Made by a program: the position numbers and the translations under genes. From assembly GCA_022841645.1 (NCBI GenBank), contig JALHRC010000001.1:33346-97345 (forward strand): a stretch of DNA of 64,000 bases. Direction: 5' to 3'. Within the stretch, counting starts at the first letter, position 1; every line of letters begins with the position of its first letter. This document shows, piece after piece, positions 43,875-52,480 of the stretch. The DNA comes from Minisyncoccota bacterium (GTDB lineage Bacteria; Patescibacteriota; Minisyncoccia; Phycocordibacterales; UBA918). Under the pieces are notes generated by a model. That model was given only the letters and a program-made list of their open reading frames with translations, had not been told where the DNA came from and made no database searches.

Positions 43875-45851
43875 ATGGCCCGCGCTTTCACTATTGGGAA
43901 CGGCAATCTACTCGTCGGCATTGACGGGCGCGGCCAGGTGCGCGACATCTATTTTCCGTTTGTTGGTGAATCAAACCACGTGAGTGGAGCCTCGGGTAAT
44001 TTTGTTCACCGTATCGGTGTTTTTGCCGATGGGGTGATGGCGTGGTTTGATGACCCGGCCTGGGAGTTTGATTTTAGTGGCACAAGCGGGACAATGATTG
44101 GACATTTTATTGCGAGACACCACGCGCTCGGGATAGAAGTTGAGGCTGCTGACGCGGTCCACAATGAACACAATGTTCTCATTCGTCTCTTCACCGTGCG
44201 CAATCTGCGCGAGGACGAGCGCACGGTAAAACTTTTTCTAGCGCAACAGTTTCGCATTGGTGAATCGCGGCGGGGCGACACGGCTTTTTATGATCCACGT
44301 GTGCGCGCCATCGTGCACTACAAAGGCACTACCACTTTTCTCGTGAATGCTAGCCGAGGTGCTGTCCAGTTTACCGAATACAACATCGGTCTCTTTGGTA
44401 TTGAAGGCAGGGAAGGTACGTACCTTGATGCAATGGACGGTCGCCTTGAAGGCAATCCGATTGAACATGGCTCGGTCGATTCTGTTATCGGTGTGTCGTG
44501 CCCGCTTACGCCCCAGGGGGAGTGTGTGGTGTCGTACTGGGTGGTGGTAGGGGAGTCGGTACCAGCGGTACACGAACTTGATGCGCATGTGCTTAAAGAA
44601 ACGCCAGAACGTCTCCTTTCTTCGACTGAAGCCTACTGGCAGGCCTGGGCGGAGAAGGATGGTCGCGACCTGTCGCCCCTTTCTACCGCTATGCAGACTC
44701 TCTTTCGCCGGTCGCTGATGGTTATGCGTGTCCATGCCGATAATCGCGGCGGTATTATCGCCTCCTCCGACACCGACATGCTCCATCACGGCCGCGACAC
44801 CTATTCCTACGTCTGGCCGCGTGACGCGGCTATTATTGCCCACACCTTTGATCGTACTGGCTACCCAGACGTCGCCAAGCGTTTTTACACCTTCGCCGCC
44901 TCGGTGCGCGAACCGGGTGGGTACCTCATGCACAAATACCGCAGTGACGGTGTGCTCGGGAGTTCATGGCACGCCTGGATGCGTGATGGACGGCCTTGTC
45001 TCCCCATTCAGGAAGATGAAACCGCTACCACCATCGTCATGCTCTGGCACCACTACGAGCGCGAGCGTGATCTCGAGTTCATCGAATCACTCTACAATTC
45101 TTTTATCGAGCCAGCGGCACAGTTTATGGCGGAGTTTATCGAACCGACGACCGGACTACCCGAGCCATCGTACGATTTGTGGGAAGAAAAATACGGCATC
45201 TCGACATACACGGCATCATCGGTGTACGGTGCTATGATGGCGGCTGCGCGTTTTGCCACACTCCTTGGTAAAGACCCCGATGCGCGCGCCTACCAAGCGA
45301 TTGCCCAACGGTTGCAAATTGCTATCGGAACGCATCTCTACGACCCCGAATTAAAAATGTTTGTGAAGCAGATCATGATTGATGAAGCCGGTAACCACCA
45401 CGTCGATCGTACGCTCGACGTCAGTAGCTTCTACGGCCCCTTCTTCTTTGGTGTTTTCGAGGCTGAGGATGAGCGCTTAAAAACAGCGCTCAGTACCGTC
45501 GAGGCGAAGCTCTCAGCTCCCGGCGCGAGTCAGGGCTACGTCCGTTACGAAGGTGACGCCTACTACCGCATGCACGATGCCGGTTCCCCAAATCCTTGGG
45601 TAGTGACTACCTTGTGGGTAGCACAGTACTACATCGAGCGTGCGCGGAAACTCACCGACCTTAAGCGTCCCCTCGAGCTCCTCGCGTGGACGGTCTCACA
45701 CGCTGCCGGCAGCGGCATGCTCGCTGAGCAAATGCACCCGACGACTCGTGTTCACCTCTCCACCGCGCCTTTGGTGTGGAGTCACGCCGAATACGTGCTG
45801 GCTGTCGAGGCATACCTCGAGAAATACCGCGCCCTTACCGAGGAGAAATAA
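43875..45851 (+). CDS. Glycoside hydrolase family 15 (glucoamylase/glucodextranase-type) with N-terminal beta-sandwich domain
   Basis: GH15 motifs YSYVWPRDAAII and DLWEEKYG and an (alpha/alpha)6 barrel region. Confidence 0.8.
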   Translation: MARAFTIGNGNLLVGIDGRGQVRDIYFPFVGESNHVSGASGNFVHRIGVFADGVMAWFDDPAWEFDFSGTSGTMIGHFIARHHALGIEVEAADAVHNEHNVLIRLFTVRNLREDERTVKLFLAQQFRIGESRRGDTAFYDPRVRAIVHYKGTTTFLVNASRGAVQFTEYNIGLFGIEGREGTYLDAMDGRLEGNPIEHGSVDSVIGVSCPLTPQGECVVSYWVVVGESVPAVHELDAHVLKETPERLLSSTEAYWQAWAEKDGRDLSPLSTAMQTLFRRSLMVMRVHADNRGGIIASSDTDMLHHGRDTYSYVWPRDAAIIAHTFDRTGYPDVAKRFYTFAASVREPGGYLMHKYRSDGVLGSSWHAWMRDGRPCLPIQEDETATTIVMLWHHYERERDLEFIESLYNSFIEPAAQFMAEFIEPTTGLPEPSYDLWEEKYGISTYTASSVYGAMMAAARFATLLGKDPDARAYQAIAQRLQIAIGTHLYDPELKMFVKQIMIDEAGNHHVDRTLDVSSFYGPFFFGVFEAEDERLKTALSTVEAKLSAPGASQGYVRYEGDAYYRMHDAGSPNPWVVTTLWVAQYYIERARKLTDLKRPLELLAWTVSHAAGSGMLAEQMHPTTRVHLSTAPLVWSHAEYVLAVEAYLEKYRALTEEK

Positions 45852-46698
45852 AGCGCTTGGTCCAAAGGCCCCAGCTGCCTATAAGCGACCGGTAGCGGCC
45901 GATCGTGGTGCGATGAATCGACCACGCGAGGCCACGAGTACCCACAGACTGCGCCAGTACATCGGCCAGGGTACGCATGTACGTGCCCGACGAACAGATG
46001 CAGGTAAACGAAAGAAGGCAGAATGTATCGTCGGATTTACCCGCGGCCGCAACGCGCTCCCAGCTCGCGTATACGTCGCTGCGGCGAAAGTCATTGCCGA
46101 GGGCTTTTCGTTCGTCAGTGACAGTGGGAAGAAGAGCGATTTTTTGTGTCGCTTCGCTATACATCTCTGCTCGCGATAGTGATCGTTTTCCGGTGAACGT
46201 AAGTGTATGAATGGTCGAGGTTTTGAAGGGAATGGTAATTTCGTCTAGTCGACCGGTTACTGCCCAAGTGTGGAGGGGTATGCCACTGACTGTCCGCGAT
46301 GAGTAGTGGGGGTAGGGGAGAGTAATTTTCCCAACATGCGAGGCTGAAGTGGCGGCCCAGTCGCTAGAGCTTTGGTAATCATGGGGTTGCTCCTCGATAA
46401 GACCAAGCACGTCGCCACTATCAGACGAGATGCCTAAGAGGACTTCAATTTCGTACGCCTTATCCAGACCATGGTACGCGTCTTGGCGCTTACATTCCTC
46501 ACCAACAAGCACGAGTAAAACCCCCGATGCCATCGGATCAAGGCGTCCGGCGTAGGCCATAGGAACACCTTTAAGTTCGGGGTGTTTCTCGCGGTATTTT
46601 TCCAAACAAACCAGTGGAGTTTCTCCCACTCGTTTATCCAAGACCACGTAGCGCGGTAGGGACACAGGCGCTCGCTTAGCCACCAAATGGATTACCAC
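45835..46698 (-). CDS. truB: tRNA pseudouridine(55) synthase
   Basis: GRLDPMASGVLLVLVGE contains the catalytic Asp motif. Its 3' end overlaps GH15 by 17 nt, convergent. Confidence 0.85.
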   Translation of the reverse strand: MVIHLVAKRAPVSLPRYVVLDKRVGETPLVCLEKYREKHPELKGVPMAYAGRLDPMASGVLLVLVGEECKRQDAYHGLDKAYEIEVLLGISSDSGDVLGLIEEQPHDYQSSSDWAATSASHVGKITLPYPHYSSRTVSGIPLHTWAVTGRLDEITIPFKTSTIHTLTFTGKRSLSRAEMYSEATQKIALLPTVTDERKALGNDFRRSDVYASWERVAAAGKSDDTFCLLSFTCICSSGTYMRTLADVLAQSVGTRGLAWSIHRTTIGRYRSLIGSWGLWTKRFISPR

Positions 46699-46778
46699 CT
46701 AAAAAGGCATTGAGGATAGCAATCGCGACCAAAATGGCGATAGCAATGGCAACAGCTTTCATATGCTACCAGTATAGC

Positions 46779-48152
46779 TTATTCGTTGGGTACGAAGGTG
46801 AGCGCACTTCCACGCTTGTCACCACGGCCAGTACGACCAATGCGGTGCACGTAGTCTTCGTAGGTACCAGGGAGGTCGTAGTTGATTACGTGCGATACGT
46901 TGTCGACGTGGATACCGCGCGCAGCGACGTCGGTCGCCACCAGTACCTTCACCTCGCCACTCTTAAAGCGGGTAAGGGCGCGTTGGCGCTGACCATGCGA
47001 CTTGTTGCCGTGGATAGACTCGGCGGGGATGCCGGTCTTAGACAGTTCGATACCGAGCTTTTCGACACTGTGCTTCATCGCACCAAAGACGATTACGCGG
47101 GTAAACTCGGCCTTGCCAAGCAGGGTAACGAGGAGATCAAACTTGTGGGCATGATCATAGCGCACCACGTCTTGCGAAATCGCGGCAGTAATATCCTTCT
47201 TGCGTACCGAAACAGTAAGCGGGTCATTGAGAAATTCGTGGACGAGGCCCTCGATACTCTTTGACATGGTAGCTGAGAAGAAGAGGGTCTGCGCATTTTC
47301 CGGTACATCCTTGAGGATGGTCTTCATGTCATGGATGAATCCCATGTCGAGCATACGGTCAGCCTCGTCGAGAACGGCGGTAGTGACACGAGTGGTGTCG
47401 ATAAAACCACGCTCCATGAGGTCCTGGACACGGCCTGGCGTACCGATAATAAAGTTGTTCTTGCGCTTCAGTCCTGCAATTTGTGGGCGAATGTTAGCAC
47501 CTCCCACGCAGACGGTGGAGAAGAGCTTCATGTGCGGCGTGAGCTTGCGCAATTCCTGCTCGATCTGGATCGCGAGTTCGCGGGTAGGAGTGAGGATGAG
47601 GGTGACGCGGTTGCGGTCCCGCAGAGTATGGTGAATGATCGGGAGAAGGAACGCTGCAGTTTTGCCGGTGCCGGTTTGGGCGAGGCCAATAACATCCTTG
47701 CCTTCCAAAATAGGCATGATGGTCTGGTCCTGGATGGCACTTGGCACTTCAATACCTAGGCTATGGACTGCTCGCACAATCTCGGGCGCGAGGCCAAAGT
47801 CGTTGAAGGTGTGCGTTGGTACGTAGGCTGTCTCCGTCTCCACGGTTACCGGGTTCTTGTTGATATAGAGTGCAACGTCAAACGACGAACGCTGGCGACC
47901 GCGACCGCGGCCGGCGCCACCACCAAAGTGACCACCACGGCTACCGCTGGCTGAACGATGTGAGCCACCATGGTGTGAGGGGCGACTGCTGTACGAACCA
48001 CGGCTATGACCACCACCGTTGTGGGTGGCACTACTGCGATGCGGACTGTGGGGACGTGCCGATGGACGGTGACTAGTGTTACCGCCAGTGCGGCTCGGCG
48101 AATACGCGCGGCGCGGCGCCGGCGATGCGGGTAAGGGGGGCAATTGATACAT
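46779..48152 (-). CDS. DEAD-box ATP-dependent RNA helicase with N-terminal Arg/Gly/Ser/His-rich disordered region
   Basis: AQTGTGKT, VLDEADRMLDMGF, SAT and HRIGRTGRG motifs. The first ~95 aa are RGG/SH-rich low complexity. Confidence 0.9.
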   Translation of the reverse strand: MYQLPPLPASPAPRRAYSPSRTGGNTSHRPSARPHSPHRSSATHNGGGHSRGSYSSRPSHHGGSHRSASGSRGGHFGGGAGRGRGRQRSSFDVALYINKNPVTVETETAYVPTHTFNDFGLAPEIVRAVHSLGIEVPSAIQDQTIMPILEGKDVIGLAQTGTGKTAAFLLPIIHHTLRDRNRVTLILTPTRELAIQIEQELRKLTPHMKLFSTVCVGGANIRPQIAGLKRKNNFIIGTPGRVQDLMERGFIDTTRVTTAVLDEADRMLDMGFIHDMKTILKDVPENAQTLFFSATMSKSIEGLVHEFLNDPLTVSVRKKDITAAISQDVVRYDHAHKFDLLVTLLGKAEFTRVIVFGAMKHSVEKLGIELSKTGIPAESIHGNKSHGQRQRALTRFKSGEVKVLVATDVAARGIHVDNVSHVINYDLPGTYEDYVHRIGRTGRGDKRGSALTFVPNE

Positions 48153-48427
48153 AAAAGCTAACGCTCAAAAAAATAGTAAGCAAAGAAACTTCCAACACTG
48201 CACGAATATGGCAATGCACCTCTGTTCTTTCTCTAGAGGGTGCAGGAGTGTAATGAGAGGGCGAACGTGTCGCCGCGCAGCCTAAGAGCCCTGCACGCAA
48301 TTCCTAAGGTGCCGTTACACTAACATGAAGTAAGCTAAAGGTCAATCACCTACACGAGCACGCTGCTGTCTCGCCTCGGGCACGTGTTCACTGTTCTCTT
48401 TTAGGGAGAACAGTGCCCCTCTGCTCG

Positions 48428-48475
48428 CAGCACGGAAAAGCACCAGACATTTGTCTGGTGCTTTTCCGTGCTGCT
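48428..48475. terminator. 23-bp perfect palindromic hairpin (terminator of apbE operon / 5'UTR structure of helicase)
   Basis: gcagcacggaaaagcaccagaca-ttt-gtctggtgcttttccgtgctgc. Confidence 0.6.
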
Positions 48476-48542
48476 GCGCAAGGCCCCCATCGCGACACCA
48501 GCGTGCTCGTAATCAAAGTAAGGTCAGATTTCCACGGGCTTT

Positions 48543-49403
48543 TTAGAGCGATTGAAAAGGGAAGTGAGCGGTAAAAAAGGTGCTGGTGGCGGGGTGGTAG
48601 CGCGCGACGCCAAGGCCCTCCCGCTCTGCGAGGTCGGTAAGGGCAGCTTCGGGGAGCAGGAGTACGGCGGTCGCAAAGGCGTCGGCGTCGCGCGCGCTTT
48701 TCGCTAGCACAAAACTAGCGGCTTCGGTCTCTCCTATTATGTGGTGCTCGGTGCGGCCGTCTTTCCGCCACACTCGTTTGAAGGGACTCGAAGCGGCGAA
48801 GCCCCGGTTTTTGAGTGCTACCGTACCGAGATAGGTGTCGACCTCGGTGGGATGTTCGAGATGGATAGTGAGTGGCGCATCGTCGTCAGTGCTGCCGTAC
48901 ATATCACCCCCACCATTTATAAGAAATGACGCTACGCCACGGCTCCTTAATAGTGTCGCGAGTTCATCAACTAAATAGCCCTTTCCGAAACCGCCCGGGT
49001 CGAAGCTACCGGTTTCGAGTCTGATCTCACCCTCGGTGATGATGAGGTCGCTCTCGGGTGACGGCAGAGCGGCCGCAACCGCGGCCGCTCTGCCGTCACC
49101 ATAACCTCGCGCTACTAGTACTTCGCCCACCAAGCAATTAAATGTCCCCTCGGTACGTGTAAATAGCTCTTGCGCATACCTAAACAGCGCTAGACACGCG
49201 GGGTCGGGCACGCGCAGTACGCGCTCGCGATTGAGGATACCGACGAGTGAGTCCGGTCGAAACCTCGAGTAACGCGCTTCAAAGGTTGTTATGAGTGAAG
49301 TGAGTTCTGCGTGCACGTCTCCATGGTCAACTCCTATGGGCAGAGTTGCTTCGATCCACCACGCCGTGCCGAGAGCCGGAAAGCGGTCGAGGAGGAACTC
49401 CAT
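48543..49403 (-). CDS. apbE: FAD:protein FMN transferase (ApbE family)
   Basis: 286 aa with the ApbE fold pattern, including ...GGFGKGYLVDELA... and the C-terminal ...DADAFATAVLLL.... Confidence 0.75.
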   Translation of the reverse strand: MEFLLDRFPALGTAWWIEATLPIGVDHGDVHAELTSLITTFEARYSRFRPDSLVGILNRERVLRVPDPACLALFRYAQELFTRTEGTFNCLVGEVLVARGYGDGRAAAVAAALPSPESDLIITEGEIRLETGSFDPGGFGKGYLVDELATLLRSRGVASFLINGGGDMYGSTDDDAPLTIHLEHPTEVDTYLGTVALKNRGFAASSPFKRVWRKDGRTEHHIIGETEAASFVLAKSARDADAFATAVLLLPEAALTDLAEREGLGVARYHPATSTFFTAHFPFQSL

Positions 49404-49408
49404 GTTGA

Positions 49409-49924
49409 CTACGACTGCGTCTTAACGATCGCCTCAGCTACCACTGCATTAAAGGCTTGGCTCGTAAGCGAAGCGCCACCAACCCGCGAGAGGGAAATGT
49501 CGCTGAGCTTCTTTCCTACCACCAGCGTTTTATAGCTGTCGTCAAAGCGCTCTTGGAAAGGGTTTTGTCCTTGACCCTCGTTGTAGCTACTATCGACGGC
49601 GGTCACCACGCCATCCTTCACGACCAGGTTTACTGTGATCGACTCCTGGATCTTGGCCGGTGAACGGTACGGCATATGAACGGTGAGGGACTGTGAGGCA
49701 GCCACTACCGGTGCTGGCGTGGGTGGCGGAGCGGTGGGGGTGCTGGCTGGTGGTGTCGCGGGCTGTTGCGCAGTTGCGCCCGTCGGTTGTGCTGTAGTAG
49801 TAGGTGACACGGTTTCCTCTACCACCACTTCAGGTTCTGTGCCTGGCGTTGGTTCGGCACGGTTAACATAGACAACACCCACAACAATAAGTACGAGAGC
49901 AACAATTCCGATAACAATTGGCAT
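49409..49924 (-). CDS. Membrane-anchored extracytoplasmic FMN-binding domain protein (RnfG/NqrC-like)
   Basis: N-terminal TM helix, a Pro/Thr/Ala-rich linker, and an FMN_bind-like domain with GGASLTS resembling the [S/T]GA[T/S] covalent-FMN site. Directly downstream of apbE (5-nt gap). Confidence 0.6.
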   Translation of the reverse strand: MPIVIGIVALVLIVVGVVYVNRAEPTPGTEPEVVVEETVSPTTTAQPTGATAQQPATPPASTPTAPPPTPAPVVAASQSLTVHMPYRSPAKIQESITVNLVVKDGVVTAVDSSYNEGQGQNPFQERFDDSYKTLVVGKKLSDISLSRVGGASLTSQAFNAVVAEAIVKTQS

Positions 49925-50015
49925 AGGATAGGTTACAAGGAAATTAAAAGCTTAAACAGAAGAAGTATACACGACAGCGGGGCTCGTTTGCTCACTTCTG
50001 GTACAATACGGGTTC

Positions 50016-51578
50016 ATGACAGATTTATTTCATAAGGTAGCGGCCCCGTTTGCGCGTCATCTCGACCGCACTGGTATGTATCGCGTAGTGACGCAGAGTC
50101 TCATTGCCTTAACACTCATCTCACTCATTGCTGGAGCGTTTGGCCGTATACCGTACACCGTTCCCGAGCAGCTTATTTCACTTGCTCTAGCACTCGGGAC
50201 GGCATTTCTATTTAACGCTCTCGGAGCCCGGCTGTGGCGCATACATGTTAATTATGAATCCGCTATTATCACTGCGCTTATAGTCCACTTCCTCGTGGTA
50301 CCACCGACACTGAGTAGCGTGGTGGACAACTGGCAGGTGATGGCCGTGACGGCCATCGCTATTACGTCGAAATTTGTACTCGCTTGGCGTGGGCAGCATC
50401 TTATGAATCCGGCTGCGACGGGCGCTGTTGTGCTCGCGCTCGGCCTAGGGTTCTTTTCCACCACCGGTTTTTATAGTGGTTGGTGGATCGGCAGTCCCAC
50501 GCTGTTTATCCCACTGCTTATCTGTGGCGCTCTCGTGGTCTCGAAAGTCCGGGCCTGGCCACCGGTCTTGGCGTTTCTTGGTGTTGGCTTTCTGGTCTTT
50601 CTGTTTGAAGAGTGGCGCTTTAGTGGGGATGTGATCACGGGCGCGCAATATTTTTGGCTATCAGGACCATCAATCTTTTTGGCGGCCTTTATGCTCACTG
50701 AGCCGTTTACCATGCCACCAACCCGTAATCTTCGTCTGGCCTACGGTGCACTGGTGGGCGCGATCGCACAAACTTCGCTCTTCATGCCGTTTGTTACCAT
50801 TACTCCTGAGCTCGCGCTCGTTGCTGGCAACTTGGCGTTTTTTAGTTTTACAGTTCGACAAAAGCTCCGGTTGCCGCTCCTGCAGGCCCGCACAATTGCC
50901 GACCGCACCTACGAGCTAATCTTTAAAAAGCCGGCTAGTTTTACCTTTAAAGCGGGGCAGTACCTGGAGTGGATGTTGCCGCATCAAGGTGCCGACAGTC
51001 GGGGTATTCGCCGCTATTTCACGATCGCTTCATCGCCCACCGAGCCCGATATTCGCCTGGCGCTCCGCGTGCCTCCGGAAGCGGGGAGTACCTACAAGCA
51101 ATCACTTGTATCCCTCGCGCCCGGGCAGGTGGTGACCGCGAGCCAGCTGGCGGGAGATTTTGTACTGCCGAGCGATCATACACTTAAAATTGCGATGGTG
51201 GCCGGTGGCATTGGGGTCACACCATTTCGTAGTCACTTGGCGTTTCTTACCGATGCCGGTACCAAACAAGACATCGTACTTTTTTACTGTAACAACACTG
51301 CTGCAGAGATTGCTTATAAGGATGAGTTTGCGCACTTTGCGAAGGCGCTACCGCTGCGGATAGTACATGTTTTAGCCAAGGAAACGGTTCGGGGTGCCGA
51401 GTATGAGCAAGGCTTCTTGTCAGGTGAAATTATTGTCCGCCGCAGCCCCGATTACCGAGAACGTCTTTGGTATGTCTCCGGTCCACCACCAATGGTAAAC
51501 GCTATTACGTCACAGCTGCGCACACTTGGCGTGCCACGTGGGCAGATCGTGAAGGACTTTTTCCCGGGCCTAGCCTAG
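50016..51578 (+). CDS. Fusion protein: RnfD/NqrB-like polytopic membrane domain + ferredoxin-NADP reductase-type FAD/NAD(P)H-binding domain
   Basis: The N-terminal ~280 aa have 8+ TM helices and GQHLMNPAATGAVVL (cf. RnfD/NqrB GQNPFNPAM). The C-terminus has RRYFTIASSP (R-x-Y-S/T FAD site) and GGIGVTPF (NAD(P)H site). -10 TACAAT at 50002-50007. Confidence 0.65.
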   Translation: MTDLFHKVAAPFARHLDRTGMYRVVTQSLIALTLISLIAGAFGRIPYTVPEQLISLALALGTAFLFNALGARLWRIHVNYESAIITALIVHFLVVPPTLSSVVDNWQVMAVTAIAITSKFVLAWRGQHLMNPAATGAVVLALGLGFFSTTGFYSGWWIGSPTLFIPLLICGALVVSKVRAWPPVLAFLGVGFLVFLFEEWRFSGDVITGAQYFWLSGPSIFLAAFMLTEPFTMPPTRNLRLAYGALVGAIAQTSLFMPFVTITPELALVAGNLAFFSFTVRQKLRLPLLQARTIADRTYELIFKKPASFTFKAGQYLEWMLPHQGADSRGIRRYFTIASSPTEPDIRLALRVPPEAGSTYKQSLVSLAPGQVVTASQLAGDFVLPSDHTLKIAMVAGGIGVTPFRSHLAFLTDAGTKQDIVLFYCNNTAAEIAYKDEFAHFAKALPLRIVHVLAKETVRGAEYEQGFLSGEIIVRRSPDYRERLWYVSGPPPMVNAITSQLRTLGVPRGQIVKDFFPGLA

Positions 51579-51629
51579 GACGAGTAGCCTTTCACAGGTC
51601 CGACCTGTGAATATTAAAGAGTACCTGAT

Positions 51630-52292
51630 TTACCACTCGATCGGAGTTTGGCCGCGTTCCTTCAAATAGGCATTGGCTTTGCTGAAGTGTTTGCAGCCGA
51701 AAAAGCCATTATAGGCAGAGAAGGGGGAGGGGTGAGCTGCTTCGAGGATTAAATGTTTATCGCGATTGATGTGGGCACCTTTTTGCTTGGCGTAGTTGCC
51801 CCACAGCATAAACACTAGGTGCTCGCGCTCCTCGGAAAGCGCTTTCACTACAGCGTCGGTAAATTGTTCCCAACCCTTGCCTTGATGCGAGCCGGGACTA
51901 CTGGCTGCCACCGTCAGTGTGGCGTTAAGTAAAAGTACGCCTTGCTTGGCCCAGCGCTCGAGATTACCGGAGGAGGGAATTGGTGTACCAATGTCATCAG
52001 CGATTTCCTTATACATGTTTTGTAGCGACGGCGGCGGTCGCACACCATCGCGCACTGAGAAGGAAAGACCGTGGGCTTGGCCAACACCGTGATACGGGTC
52101 TTGTCCCAAAATTACTACCTTTACCTTTGCAAAAGGGCAGTGCGCAAAAGCGTTGAAGATATCTTTTGGCGCCGGATAGACCGTGCCGGCGAGGTAGGCG
52201 GCGCGCACAAATTCCTTGAGCTCCTTGAAATAATCCTGTTCGAATTCAGGGGCGAGCACCATTTTCCAGCTTTCTTCAATACGAACGTTCAT
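51630..52292 (-). CDS. ung: Uracil-DNA glycosylase (family 1)
   Basis: GQDPYHGVGQAHGLSFSV and HPSPFS(A) motifs. Confidence 0.9.
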   Translation of the reverse strand: MNVRIEESWKMVLAPEFEQDYFKELKEFVRAAYLAGTVYPAPKDIFNAFAHCPFAKVKVVILGQDPYHGVGQAHGLSFSVRDGVRPPPSLQNMYKEIADDIGTPIPSSGNLERWAKQGVLLLNATLTVAASSPGSHQGKGWEQFTDAVVKALSEEREHLVFMLWGNYAKQKGAHINRDKHLILEAAHPSPFSAYNGFFGCKHFSKANAYLKERGQTPIEW

Positions 52293-52320
52293 CGCGGAAG
52301 TATACGATACTTGTCAGCTC

Positions 52321-52467
52321 AGCGTCACGGCAGCAATTGTTCGGCACGCGTCTCGTTTTCTCTTGGGGGAGAAAACACGCGCTCCCGCTCAGGGTGGTAC
52401 TTTTCTCAAGCAGGCTTGAGAAAAGTACCACCCTTCCGCGAGACCTCACATTTGCTGCCGTGACGCT
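52321..52467. repeat. Nested inverted-repeat element (16-bp perfect outer arms, 20-bp inner hairpin, extra 8-bp hairpin)
   Basis: Outer arms are agcgtcacggcagcaa ... ttgctgccgtgacgct. Inner hairpin is agggtggtacttttctcaag-caggc-cttgagaaaagtaccaccct. It also contains gctcccgctc and a ccgcgag motif, as in the 10158..10296 element. Confidence 0.6.
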
Positions 52468-52480
52468 TGTCCACTATTTT

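Noticed and set aside
46710-47264. 184-aa plus-strand ORF overlapping the DEAD-box helicase gene
   Set aside because: It is antisense to a helicase whose every conserved motif is intact. No start context or homology pattern.
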